DNA of 64,000 nucleotides, taken from NCBI GenBank assembly GCA_900542715.1, contig UQOQ01000002.1, forward strand, positions 7,535 through 71,534. The letters run 5' to 3'. Of this stretch, positions 10,789 through 19,927 are shown piece by piece; the first letter of the stretch is position 1; each line of letters starts with the position of its first letter. The position numbers were made by a program, and so were the translations under genes. Under the pieces are notes generated by a model. That model was not told the origin of the DNA. It searched no databases and saw only the letters and a program-made list of their open reading frames with translations. Source of the stretch: an uncultured Collinsella sp. (lineage in GTDB: Bacteria; Actinomycetota; Coriobacteriia; Coriobacteriales; Coriobacteriaceae).

Positions 10789-11811
10789 TTAGTTCGTTCC
10801 GCGGAAACCCTTGCCGACGATCTCGGAGCTGTCGACGATCGTGATAAAGGCACCCGGATCGACTTCGCGCGCATAGCGGCGCAGTTGCACGGCCTCGCGA
10901 CGGCTTAGCACGCTCATGATCACCGTCACGCACTTGCCCGAGAAAGCACCGTAGCCGCGGCTGATAGTCGCCGTACGGTTGAGATGCTTGACGATAAACT
11001 CCTCGACCTTAAGGGGCTCGGAGCAAATGACCGTGCAGACTTTGCGCAGGTGGATGCTCTCGATGGCTTTGTCGACCACAAGCGTCTTGGCAAACAGGCC
11101 GAGCACGCAATACAGACCGACGCGCGGGCCGTACAAGAAGGCCGCGATGGTCACGATGCCGATATCGACCAGCAGCAGCGCACGGCCGATCTCAAGCGTC
11201 GTGCGGCGTTTGAGAATCATGGCGAGGATGTCCGTGCCGCCCGTCGAGGCACCAATATCAAAGACGATGGCGCTGCCGAGCGCCGGCAGAATCACGGCAA
11301 AGCACAGGTCGAGCCACATATCGCCCGTCATCGAGACATCGGTCGGAATAAAGAGCTCAAACAGCGAAACATAGGCGGACAGCGCAAACGAGGCAAAGAC
11401 ACTCCACAGGATTGCCTTGCGCTCCAAAAAGATAAAGCCCAAAACGACGAGAACCGCGTTGATAATCCACATAAAGACGCCGACGGGCAGGGTCGGGAAC
11501 AGCGTGGACAGAATGACCGACACGCCCGAGGTGCCGCCAAAAGCAAAGTGATTAGGGGTTTTAAACGCGACGATGGCAAAGGCCGTGAGGATCAGGCCCA
11601 AATTGAGCTCGGCAAAAAAGCGCGGAAAGCCCGGCTCCTGGCTGCGCTTGCGACCAGCGCGCTCGCCCCGCTCGATAACATCGCGATCGACCACGCGCTC
11701 CATCGGCACTACGGGAGGACGATGCACCTCCTCGGCAGCACGCGACGCCGCCTCTGCCGCAGCGGCCTCAATTGCCCATGCCTTGCTTTCTGTTTCGTGC
11801 TCGTCGGCCAT
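10789..11811 (-). CDS. YitT family membrane protein
   Basis: FGGTSG, GASTGGTDI and C-terminal DPGAFITI (DUF2179-like) motifs. Confidence 0.9.
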   Translation of the reverse strand: MADEHETESKAWAIEAAAAEAASRAAEEVHRPPVVPMERVVDRDVIERGERAGRKRSQEPGFPRFFAELNLGLILTAFAIVAFKTPNHFAFGGTSGVSVILSTLFPTLPVGVFMWIINAVLVVLGFIFLERKAILWSVFASFALSAYVSLFELFIPTDVSMTGDMWLDLCFAVILPALGSAIVFDIGASTGGTDILAMILKRRTTLEIGRALLLVDIGIVTIAAFLYGPRVGLYCVLGLFAKTLVVDKAIESIHLRKVCTVICSEPLKVEEFIVKHLNRTATISRGYGAFSGKCVTVIMSVLSRREAVQLRRYAREVDPGAFITIVDSSEIVGKGFRGTN

Positions 11812-11966
11812 TACGGCAACCCCTCGTTAACAATTTGGAAACATTGCGCCCATTAGAGTAACGCGGAACGTGGGGATTGCAACCCTTAGTTAGACGAGCG
11901 GTATGCCTACATCGGGAGCGTACGGAAACGGCCGGCCGCGCTTTTGCTTGCGCGGTCGGCCGTTTA

Positions 11967-12019
11967 ACGTTTTCGCAGATAAAACCTGCCAAAAGAAACC
12001 TGTCCCTTTTTGGAAGGTT
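11967..12019 (+). repeat. Dispersed REP-like hairpin, family A, copy 1
   Basis: ACGTTTTCGCAGATAAAACCTGCCAAAAGAAACCTGTCCCTTTTTGGAAGGTT; overlaps the asp23 stop codon. Confidence 0.85.
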
Positions 12020-12533
12020 ATTCGTGCTGGCTGGTGCGGTGCTCGTACTCCTCGGGGGTGATGACATCCTCGATGCGCAGGTTGACGCCTGCCACCTCAA
12101 GACCGGTCATCGCGGCAAGACGCTCGGTGACGCGCGCCTTAACGTCGTCAAAGATCGCAGGCGCATAGGCGCCGTACTCGATGATGACCGAGATGTTGAC
12201 GACCACGCGATTGTCATCGGTGACCTCGACCGTCACGCCCTTGGTCAGATTCTCGGCACCAAACTGCTCCTGCACAAAGTGCATGAGGTTACCCTTCATG
12301 CCCAGAACGTGCGGAACCTCGCGGGTGGCCATGGCAACGATCTTCTCGATCACGCCGTTGGAATAGGTCAGCGAGTCCTCGGACTCGTCCGCTTCCTCGT
12401 CGTCCTCATCCTCATCGGACTCGGCCTCGACAAGAGCCTCATCCTCGAGCGTCACATCCTCAGCTTCGGCGACGACCGCCTCGTTCTCCTCGAGCTCGGT
12501 ATCGGCTACATCGACCTTCGTATTAAAAGCCAT
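12018..12533 (-). CDS. Asp23/Gls24 family envelope stress protein with an acidic N-terminal extension
   Basis: VIEKIVAMATREVPHV...KGVTVE...IIEYG...MTGLEVAGVNLRIEDV. Confidence 0.9.
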   Translation of the reverse strand: MAFNTKVDVADTELEENEAVVAEAEDVTLEDEALVEAESDEDEDDEEADESEDSLTYSNGVIEKIVAMATREVPHVLGMKGNLMHFVQEQFGAENLTKGVTVEVTDDNRVVVNISVIIEYGAYAPAIFDDVKARVTERLAAMTGLEVAGVNLRIEDVITPEEYEHRTSQHE

Positions 12534-12577
12534 GGTTCCTCCTTATGCCTGCCGCGGATGCGACAGTCGAATACATA

Positions 12578-12955
12578 TTAGCGGCCGCTAAACAGACGGC
12601 CGAAGAAGTTGACGATCCCGTTCTCGCCGTCGCGAATTTGGCCGATCACAGCGCCGATCAGCACGAAGAATGCAATGACGAGCGTGTCCCACAGGCCCAA
12701 CGTGAGCACCAACACGGCGAGGATAAAGCCGGCGACGGCGCCGAGCGTGGTGTTGGGATGACGCACAGCATAGCTCCAGATGGCAGCGCCCGTACCCTTG
12801 ATGAGACCCATAGCCTCGTCAAAATCCGCGGCTGCCGCGTCTTGTAACTCGGTTGCCTCTGCTTTGGAATCAACAGGTTCGCTCGCCGACGTGGCGCTCT
12901 GGTCAATCGTCAGGCGCGGCGTACGAGCGGTCTTATCTTGATTGGTATCACTCAC
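12578..12955 (-). CDS. DUF2273-like small membrane protein
   Basis: GTG start overlapping the amaP end; two TM segments (LGAVAGFILAVLVLTLGLWDTL); sits between amaP and asp23 as in the known operon. Confidence 0.75.
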   Translation of the reverse strand: MSDTNQDKTARTPRLTIDQSATSASEPVDSKAEATELQDAAAADFDEAMGLIKGTGAAIWSYAVRHPNTTLGAVAGFILAVLVLTLGLWDTLVIAFFVLIGAVIGQIRDGENGIVNFFGRLFSGR

Positions 12956-13493
12956 CGGAAACCTCCACGGTCTGGACGGTAGTCTTGGACGGCAAAAAAC
13001 GGACGCGCGCGGTCGTACCCGGCGCGCCGAGCATGGTATCGCAGGCTTCTTCGATGCGCTGCTGCATCGCGGTAGCCAGAGATGCCACGTCCTTATCGTC
13101 AAGCGCGATAGCCTCGACCTTAAAACGGACGTGCGAATCGTCGGGGCCTTGGACGCGAGCCTCGACATGCTCGACCATCACGCGGTCGTCGCGCTCGGCA
13201 GCAACCCTGGCGCACGAAGAAAGCGCCGCAAGGGTAACCTCGATATTGCGCTCCCCCGCCGGATGCACGCAGGACGGTTCGCGACGGGCGAACATCAGGC
13301 GGAAAAAGCTCAGCAGTACGCCGATCGCCACGACGCCGGCGCACGCCGTCACGACGATGCGCGGCATGGGGTCGCGCATCAGCAGCATAAAGCGATACGT
13401 ATACGGCCCCCAAAACTGGCAGACAAGCGTACCCAGTGCCACGATGGTGGCGGCAAGATACACGATCGCTAGGGCTCGTTTGAGTACGCGCAC
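12948..13493 (-). CDS. amaP: Alkaline shock response membrane anchor AmaP-like protein
   Basis: Two N-terminal TM helices followed by an Asp23-like soluble domain; first gene of the amaP-DUF2273-asp23 arrangement. Confidence 0.7.
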   Translation of the reverse strand: MRVLKRALAIVYLAATIVALGTLVCQFWGPYTYRFMLLMRDPMPRIVVTACAGVVAIGVLLSFFRLMFARREPSCVHPAGERNIEVTLAALSSCARVAAERDDRVMVEHVEARVQGPDDSHVRFKVEAIALDDKDVASLATAMQQRIEEACDTMLGAPGTTARVRFLPSKTTVQTVEVSGE

Positions 13494-13659
13494 GCGGCGC
13501 TCCCTTCAAATCTCGGCTCTCGAAATGCAGAACGGTTCGCATCATTATAAAAGAGCCGGGTCCGGTGCTCTACGCACGCGGATCCGGCTCATCTATTCCA
13601 CGAGGCTTGCATGCTCGCTTCATTATGCCCAGATATGCACGGCTCAATCCGTGCTGGCG

Positions 13660-14466
13660 CTACTCCTCCTCGAGGGCAGCGATGACCTCGTCGGTCATGT
13701 CCATGGTGCTGTAGACGTCCTGGACGTCGTCGAGCTCCTCAAGACGGTCGATGAGGCGCTGGACCTTCTTGGCGTCGGCGCCGGAAACCTCGGTCGGGGT
13801 GGTCGGGACCATGGTGGTCTCGGAGCCCTTGACCTGGACACCCTGCTCCTCGAGCGCCTTGGAGACAGCCATGACCTCGTTGGCAGCAGTCCAGACGATC
13901 CACTCCTCGCCGGCATCCTCGTAGTCCTCGCCACCGGCCTCGGCGATAGCCATCATGAACTCATCCTCGTCACCGGCAGCACCGTTGGCGATCATGGTCT
14001 CCTTCTTGGCGTTCTCATCCAGGATCTCCTTGGCGACGACGATCTGGCCCTTGCGCTCAAACTGGAAGGCGACGGAGCCGGAGGTGCCCAGGTTGCCACC
14101 AGCGTGGGAGAAGGCGGAACGGACATCAGCGGCGGTACGGTTGCGGTTGTCGGTCAGGCAGTCGACGTAGACGGCGACACCGGCGGGACCGTAGCCCTCG
14201 TACACGATGTTCTCGTAGACGGCGGCGTCAGCACCCGAACCAAAAGCCTTGTCGATAGCGGACTTGATCTTGTCCTTAGGCATGGACTGAGCCTTGGCCT
14301 TGGCAACGGCAGCGGCGAGGCTGGCGTTGTTCTCGGGCAGCGGGTCACCGCCGAGACGGGCAGCAACAGTGATGTTGCGGCTGAGCTTGGAGAAGAGGGC
14401 GGAACGCTTGGCGTCCTGCGCGCCCTTACGATGCTTGGTTGTGGCCCACTTAGAGTGTCCGGACAT
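13660..14466 (-). CDS. yebC: YebC/PmpR family protein
   Basis: MSGHSKWAT, YEGYGPAG, TDNRNRT and DDVQDVY motifs. Confidence 0.97.
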   Translation of the reverse strand: MSGHSKWATTKHRKGAQDAKRSALFSKLSRNITVAARLGGDPLPENNASLAAAVAKAKAQSMPKDKIKSAIDKAFGSGADAAVYENIVYEGYGPAGVAVYVDCLTDNRNRTAADVRSAFSHAGGNLGTSGSVAFQFERKGQIVVAKEILDENAKKETMIANGAAGDEDEFMMAIAEAGGEDYEDAGEEWIVWTAANEVMAVSKALEEQGVQVKGSETTMVPTTPTEVSGADAKKVQRLIDRLEELDDVQDVYSTMDMTDEVIAALEEE

Positions 14467-14633
14467 ACGTGTCTCCTATCGGTTTCGACCTAAAGCCCAG
14501 CGCAGATGCTCGGGCAATATAAACAAACGTCGTTATGATATACCTACTGGCCTGCAAGATAAACCCCAAAATGAAGGCGTCGTGATGATGGCCCCTTTGG
14601 TGCAGCAAAGAAACCTGACCCCAATGCACCAGG

Positions 14634-16817
14634 TTAGGACCAGAGGAAGTCACTGCGGGTGACGGTGGCGCCGATGGCGAAGGGCATGCAGGCGATGACC
14701 GGATACAGGTAGCGCATGTAGGTCGAGCCGTTGCACGGACCAATCAGGCACACGGCGAGCACGCCCAACAGCGGCACCCAGATCGCCAGCGCACGCCATG
14801 AATGACGACGCAGCAGGTAGACCACCACGGCGATCATGATCCACACATAGGCGGCCGAGCTCATGGTGAGCGAAATAAACGGGATGCGCTGCACCGCCAC
14901 ACGGTACAGATTGATCAGGTGGTCGCACCAGCGCACCACGTTGCTGTCAACCGGATGGAAGTCGAAGTACTTGAGGTTGTCGGGACGCGCCATGATCTCG
15001 GCACTACGCGCCGTGCTGTAGACCCAGGCATCGCGCGCGCTCGGATAAAAGTAGCCGTAATAGTTATTGATGAGCGCCGAGATATAGCACTCGGGATCCT
15101 TTTTGAACATCTGCGCCCAGACCTCAAAATAGGCCTTGATGTCCTCCTGCGAGGCGTACTCGTTAAAGCAGTTCTTGACGGCATCCGACTTATCCGGGTT
15201 GTAACGGCGGCCCAGATTCTCGTACTTGAGCACCCGGTCGATCACGGCGCGCTCCTCGTCGGTCACCAAGCCGTCGCAAGGAGCCTCCACGATGGCGCCG
15301 TCCTCCTTTACCGTGGGGTTGACGCCCGAGTTGAGGCCGTCGTGCTTTTGGACGAAACGAGCCGTCTGTTGGAACGGAATCGAGAGGATTTCGCGCTTGG
15401 AACCAGGCGTGATGTCGTGCGCCGGCATAAAGACCTTGGTGAAGTACATATTAGAGGCAAGGCAGAGTGCGAGCACCGCGAGGACGCCAACCCAGCGGAA
15501 GCGCGGCGTGGCGCATGAGACCGCGGTGCCCGTCTGCTTAGCCGCACGACGGGCGACATGTACATCCCATGCGCAAAACGCCGCCGCAATCACGCAGGCC
15601 GCCAACGGAAAGACCAGACCGCCATTGCGCAAAAACGTGGAACCCATGGCAGCCAGCGCAAGCAACAGCCAGTCGTGGCGCGCAAAGAGCACGGGCCTCT
15701 GTTCGCCCGCACGCTCGGCATTGGCATCACGACGGGGCAAGCCACATGCCACGAGCTTGACGGTCTGTACCAGCAGCACCAAAAACGCGTCGGCAAAGAG
15801 CACGTCTTTGGTGAGCAACGCCGCATAGTTAGAGAACATCGGCATAAACGCAAAGAACAGCAGGATCGCACCGCGAACCGGCAGGCTCACGCCCAGTTTG
15901 CGCAGCGACGAAATGGAATAGGCCATGCAGGCAGCCGTGATGGCAAATTGAGCGCAGGTATAGATGATGAGGCCCGCGTTAGCGCTGTTGAACAGCGAAA
16001 GCCCCAGTTGAACGCACGAGCCGATAATGGCCGTGTGCACTATGGGATGATGCCCGTTGAGCAGCACGTTGGGGTTGAGTAGGCGCAGGTAGTCGCTCGT
16101 GCCGTTGGGATAGTTGAACCACTGGCGAATCTGCGCACCCGTATCTCCCATAAAAAGGCCGGGCAGCGAAGCGATGAGCGTGGGCGCCCAGGCGATCATA
16201 AGCACCAGGAAGGGCCCGGCAAAGGGATGGACCGAGAGCACGGCGTGAGCCACACGCCATATGCGGCCAAAGTGCGCCTCGGAAAACGGGATGCGTCGGG
16301 AGCTCAGCCAATCCAGACACTCAAAAGCCAGATAGAAGGCCACGATCGCTAGGAGCATCCAGCCCGCGCCGCCAATCCAGGCGCAGATGATGCGGGCCTT
16401 GTCGCCAAGAACAATCTCGGCCGAGTCGATGAGGTCGTAGCTACGGCCGAACACCATGCAGATGGCGAAAAACAGCGACGGCAGAATGATCGACGGACGC
16501 CAGGTGTCGCCACGGCCAAAGAACACGTAGCGAAACGGCAGCGTGAGCAGGCAGGCAAGCGCAAGCAGCATGACCGCGTCGGTATGGCCGGCAAATGAGA
16601 GGAGCACCTCGTAGCACACGTACAGCATGCCCGAGGCTTTGGGGTCAATCGCCAAGACTGCGTTGCTCGACACCGGGGCGGGATCGATGGAAAACGCTGT
16701 GGTCGCCAACAGCGCGAGCAGAAATGCGATGAGCGTCTGCTTGGCGGGGTAGCGCTTAAACCAGACGATGCGGGCAGCGTCGCGCGCAGCCGTTGTGGAG
16801 AGGTCGGAATCCTTCAC
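14634..16817 (-). CDS. Large polytopic membrane protein (DUF6020-like, possible GT-C glycosyltransferase)
   Basis: 727 aa with many TM segments; PGLFMGD, HHPIVHT, KDVLF, LRNGG, SIPFQQTAR and RYLYP motifs. Confidence 0.65.
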   Translation of the reverse strand: MKDSDLSTTAARDAARIVWFKRYPAKQTLIAFLLALLATTAFSIDPAPVSSNAVLAIDPKASGMLYVCYEVLLSFAGHTDAVMLLALACLLTLPFRYVFFGRGDTWRPSIILPSLFFAICMVFGRSYDLIDSAEIVLGDKARIICAWIGGAGWMLLAIVAFYLAFECLDWLSSRRIPFSEAHFGRIWRVAHAVLSVHPFAGPFLVLMIAWAPTLIASLPGLFMGDTGAQIRQWFNYPNGTSDYLRLLNPNVLLNGHHPIVHTAIIGSCVQLGLSLFNSANAGLIIYTCAQFAITAACMAYSISSLRKLGVSLPVRGAILLFFAFMPMFSNYAALLTKDVLFADAFLVLLVQTVKLVACGLPRRDANAERAGEQRPVLFARHDWLLLALAAMGSTFLRNGGLVFPLAACVIAAAFCAWDVHVARRAAKQTGTAVSCATPRFRWVGVLAVLALCLASNMYFTKVFMPAHDITPGSKREILSIPFQQTARFVQKHDGLNSGVNPTVKEDGAIVEAPCDGLVTDEERAVIDRVLKYENLGRRYNPDKSDAVKNCFNEYASQEDIKAYFEVWAQMFKKDPECYISALINNYYGYFYPSARDAWVYSTARSAEIMARPDNLKYFDFHPVDSNVVRWCDHLINLYRVAVQRIPFISLTMSSAAYVWIMIAVVVYLLRRHSWRALAIWVPLLGVLAVCLIGPCNGSTYMRYLYPVIACMPFAIGATVTRSDFLWS

Positions 16818-16856
16818 AGTCCAAAGAGCCTTTCTAGAAACCTATCAAACTCGGCA

Positions 16857-16894
16857 AAACCACCGCAAAGGTGCCTGTCCCCTTTGTGGTGGTT
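16857..16894 (+). repeat. Dispersed REP-like hairpin, family B, copy 1
   Basis: AAACCACCGCAAAGGTGCCTGTCCCCTTTGTGGTGGTT; overlaps the lgt stop codon. Confidence 0.8.
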
Positions 16895-17714
16895 AGGCGT
16901 CGAGGTAGATGCGCTGGGGACGGTTGCGGTGTCGCGCGAAGATGATGAGCGCCAGGCCGGCGATCACGAGCGGAAGACTCAGCAGCTGCCCCATCGTGAT
17001 GACGCCGCCCAGCAGATAGCCAAGCTGGGCGTCGGGCACGCGCACGAACTCGACGAGGAAGCGGACGATGCCGTATCCCATCACGAACACGCCCATAAAC
17101 GTACCCTGGGGCAGCAGCGGCTTTTTGCGGCTGAGCACCTGCAGAATGCAAAAGAGCACGATGCCCTCAAGAAATGCCTCGTAGAGCTGGGAGGGGTGAC
17201 GCGGCATATCGCCCGCAGTCCCGCCAAAGACCACGCCCCATGGCAGATCGGTCGGCTTGCCCCACAGCTCGCCGTTGACAAAGTTGGCGCAGCGTCCCAG
17301 GCACAGGGCCAGCGGCGCGCCAATGACGGCAAGATCGGCCAACGTCCATGCATCGAGCTTATACATGCGGCACACGATGATGCCGCCCAAGATGCCGCCG
17401 ACCAGGCCACCGTGGAAGCTCATGCCGCCCTCGTTGGTGGCAAAGATCTCGAGCGGGTGCGCCCAGTAGTAGCCGTCGCCGTAAAAGATGACGTAGAACA
17501 GACGGGCGCCAATGATAAGGCCAAAGACCACGCCGACCACGACACTCGTCAGGTCGTCAATCGTGATGTTAAAGCCCCAGCGACGCTGCGTGCGATACAT
17601 GACGACCGCCGTGAGCAGAGCTCCGACCACATAGGCCAGACCATACCAGTAAATCGTGATGGGCCCCGCTGAAATCGCGACGGGATCAAGCATATGGTAG
17701 AAGTCGTTGAGCAT
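16893..17714 (-). CDS. lgt: Prolipoprotein diacylglyceryl transferase
   Basis: WYGLAY, GARLFYV, GGMSFHGG, GRCANFVNGELWG and HPSQLYE motifs. Confidence 0.97.
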   Translation of the reverse strand: MLNDFYHMLDPVAISAGPITIYWYGLAYVVGALLTAVVMYRTQRRWGFNITIDDLTSVVVGVVFGLIIGARLFYVIFYGDGYYWAHPLEIFATNEGGMSFHGGLVGGILGGIIVCRMYKLDAWTLADLAVIGAPLALCLGRCANFVNGELWGKPTDLPWGVVFGGTAGDMPRHPSQLYEAFLEGIVLFCILQVLSRKKPLLPQGTFMGVFVMGYGIVRFLVEFVRVPDAQLGYLLGGVITMGQLLSLPLVIAGLALIIFARHRNRPQRIYLDA

Positions 17715-17823
17715 GTCGACCCTCCTACTCCCTACATACAAATGCGGCCGCGGGCCTTACGCTCGCAGCCGCATATTTGGGCGTAACGTCTATGCGGAGT
17801 ATGCCGTCCGCAGCTTTCGCATC

Positions 17824-18102
17824 TTAGAACGGCGCGTACTCGTCGTACAGGTCGTCGGTCTCGCCGGAGGCATTGACCTGCTCGACACGGGTAACGCCGG
17901 GCACATGCTCCTTCAGGATGCGCTCAATACCCATGGACAGGGTCAGCGAGCTCATGGGGCAGCCGGCGCAAGCGCCCTGCAGCTCCAGTTTGACGACGCC
18001 CTCGTCGTCAACGCCCACATACTCCATATCGCCGCCGTCGGCCTGCAGGTTGGGGCGAATCTCTTCAAGAACCTTCTTAAGCAGCTCTTCGTTAACAGCC
18101 AC
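17824..18102 (-). CDS. NifU/NfuA C-terminal domain Fe-S carrier
   Basis: IRPNLQADGGD...GACAGCP. Confidence 0.93.
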   Translation of the reverse strand: MAVNEELLKKVLEEIRPNLQADGGDMEYVGVDDEGVVKLELQGACAGCPMSSLTLSMGIERILKEHVPGVTRVEQVNASGETDDLYDEYAPF

Positions 18103-18274
18103 AGGGGCTCCTTTCTCACAATTACGCGGGCGCGCCCGCGGACAGAAGCTATGTTACTACAGCCGTGTACCCGCTCACGAGCCGTCCATGCGCGCAGACG
18201 CGACTTTCACGAGTAGTCAATTTGGGACGGGGATCTTTTAGCTGCCTGTTGTTACCAGCTGGCGTTGGCACGCG

Positions 18275-18799
18275 CTACTGCCGAGCCTGTCCCCCGGTAC
18301 CAATCTGGACATCGACGATAACCTGGCGGTAGCTAATACCGCAGGAGTCGAGAATGCGGCGGCTGATGCGGCCGTCGTCGGTGTCGGCGTACTTGTTGTC
18401 CAGGTAGACAACCTCGCCCACACCCACCTGTGCCAAAATCTTGGCGCAGTCGTGGCACGGGAACAGCGTGACGTAGACCGTGGAACCCTCGAGGTCCTTG
18501 AGCGAGCCACGGTAGTTGAGCACGGCGTTGGCCTCGGCATGGACCACGTAGTTGTGCTTGTCCTGCAGCGGGTCGTCGCTCGTACCCCACGGGAAAAAGT
18601 CGTCGTTGAGCGCCGAGGGCGTACCGTTGTAGCCCACCGAAAGGATGCGGTGGTTGGTGCTGGCGATGCACGCGCCCACCTGCGTGTTGGGGTCCTTACT
18701 GCGGCGCTGCGCGGCGATGGCCACGCTCATAAAGAACTCGTCCCAGCTAATGACGTCCAGGCGCTTGCCTGACGAAGTTTGATGAAGATCGTCCGACAT
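18275..18799 (-). CDS. Deoxycytidylate deaminase (ComEB-like)
   Basis: RSKDPNTQVGAC, HAEANA and PCHDC motifs; RBS GGAGGTG before MSDD. Confidence 0.93.
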   Translation of the reverse strand: MSDDLHQTSSGKRLDVISWDEFFMSVAIAAQRRSKDPNTQVGACIASTNHRILSVGYNGTPSALNDDFFPWGTSDDPLQDKHNYVVHAEANAVLNYRGSLKDLEGSTVYVTLFPCHDCAKILAQVGVGEVVYLDNKYADTDDGRISRRILDSCGISYRQVIVDVQIGTGGQARQ

Positions 18800-18883
18800 G
18801 GCAGACACCTCCGTAATCGCAATAATTTGACCCATTGTAGCAGGTGAAAGGTGGAGACGTTTGTCCCACCGGCGCCCTCACTT

Positions 18884-19735
18884 TTACACGCGGCGGGGCT
18901 TTTGGTTGATGCGGTAGAGCTCGGCGAGACCCCGCAGCGTCAGCGCGTCGTCTACCGTCAGGCTGTGGCCGACCAACGCCGCGAGTGCCTCGGCGTCGTC
19001 GCCGGTAATGACGATGGGCACGTCGCCCTCCCCCGCGGCCTTGGTCGCGCGCATCTCGGCAAGCACCATGTCGAGCATGCCGTCGATGCGGGCTACCTCG
19101 CCCAGAACCACGCCCGAACGCATGGCCTCGCGCGTGTTGCGGCCGATCACATGCGTGGGTGCCGAGGGCTCGACCTGCGGCAGACGCGCCGCAGCAGCCG
19201 AAAGCGAGCGGGCGCCAAGCGCCAGACCCGGCGCGATGACGCCGCCCACAAAGGTGCCGTGCGCGTCGATGACCTCGATATTGGTCGTGGTACCCAAGTC
19301 GATCACGATGCAGGGAGAGCCGTAGACGGCGCGTGCCGCCACGGCATCGGCGATGCGGTCGGGACCGATCTCGGCCGGGTCGTCGTAGTGGACGGGCATG
19401 CCGGTCTTGAGGCCCGGCCCCACGGTGAGCACGCGTCCCGTGCAGGCGCGGGAAAGCGCCGTCTTCCACGGGCGCTCGAGCGCCGGCACCACGCAGCTCA
19501 GCACGGCAGCCGTGGGAACAAGTGCGCCCGGCATGCCCGCATCGGCCGCCAGCGCGGCCGTGACCTGCGCGAGACGCATACGCGCTTCGTCGGCCGTAAT
19601 GCTCGACGGCGTGGTGATCTCGCACGTCGCGAGCGGGCGCTCCTGCGCCGCGGCCGAATCCTCGGCAAACAGGCCAAAGCGAATGAACGTGTTACCCACG
19701 TCGACCGTCAATATATATGCGCACCCATTAAGCAT
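18884..19735 (-). CDS. coaX: Type III pantothenate kinase
   Basis: DVGNT, IGPDR, DLGT, GGVIAPG and ITG motifs. Confidence 0.93.
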   Translation of the reverse strand: MLNGCAYILTVDVGNTFIRFGLFAEDSAAAQERPLATCEITTPSSITADEARMRLAQVTAALAADAGMPGALVPTAAVLSCVVPALERPWKTALSRACTGRVLTVGPGLKTGMPVHYDDPAEIGPDRIADAVAARAVYGSPCIVIDLGTTTNIEVIDAHGTFVGGVIAPGLALGARSLSAAAARLPQVEPSAPTHVIGRNTREAMRSGVVLGEVARIDGMLDMVLAEMRATKAAGEGDVPIVITGDDAEALAALVGHSLTVDDALTLRGLAELYRINQKPRRV

Positions 19736-19927
19736 CGTCGGCGCTCCTTTCGTCTGTCCAGCAGTATATCGCCTACCTAAACCAGTCATCCCAAAATGAC
19801 TAGCTTGCGGCTATACTGGTGCGCGGTCGTTTGCGAGCTCACGCGGCGGCCCTTGGTAACCCGACTTCCCGCGCCGTATCCGTAGCGGCGCTCCCGGGGG
19901 AAGCGGATATACGCAAAGGAGTTCTAT

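Noticed and set aside
19850..19927. preQ1-II or SMK riboswitch in the OPT leader
   Set aside because: Only short words resemble them (CCTTGGT, GCGGATA, CAAAGGAG); the required pairing partners and element order are missing.
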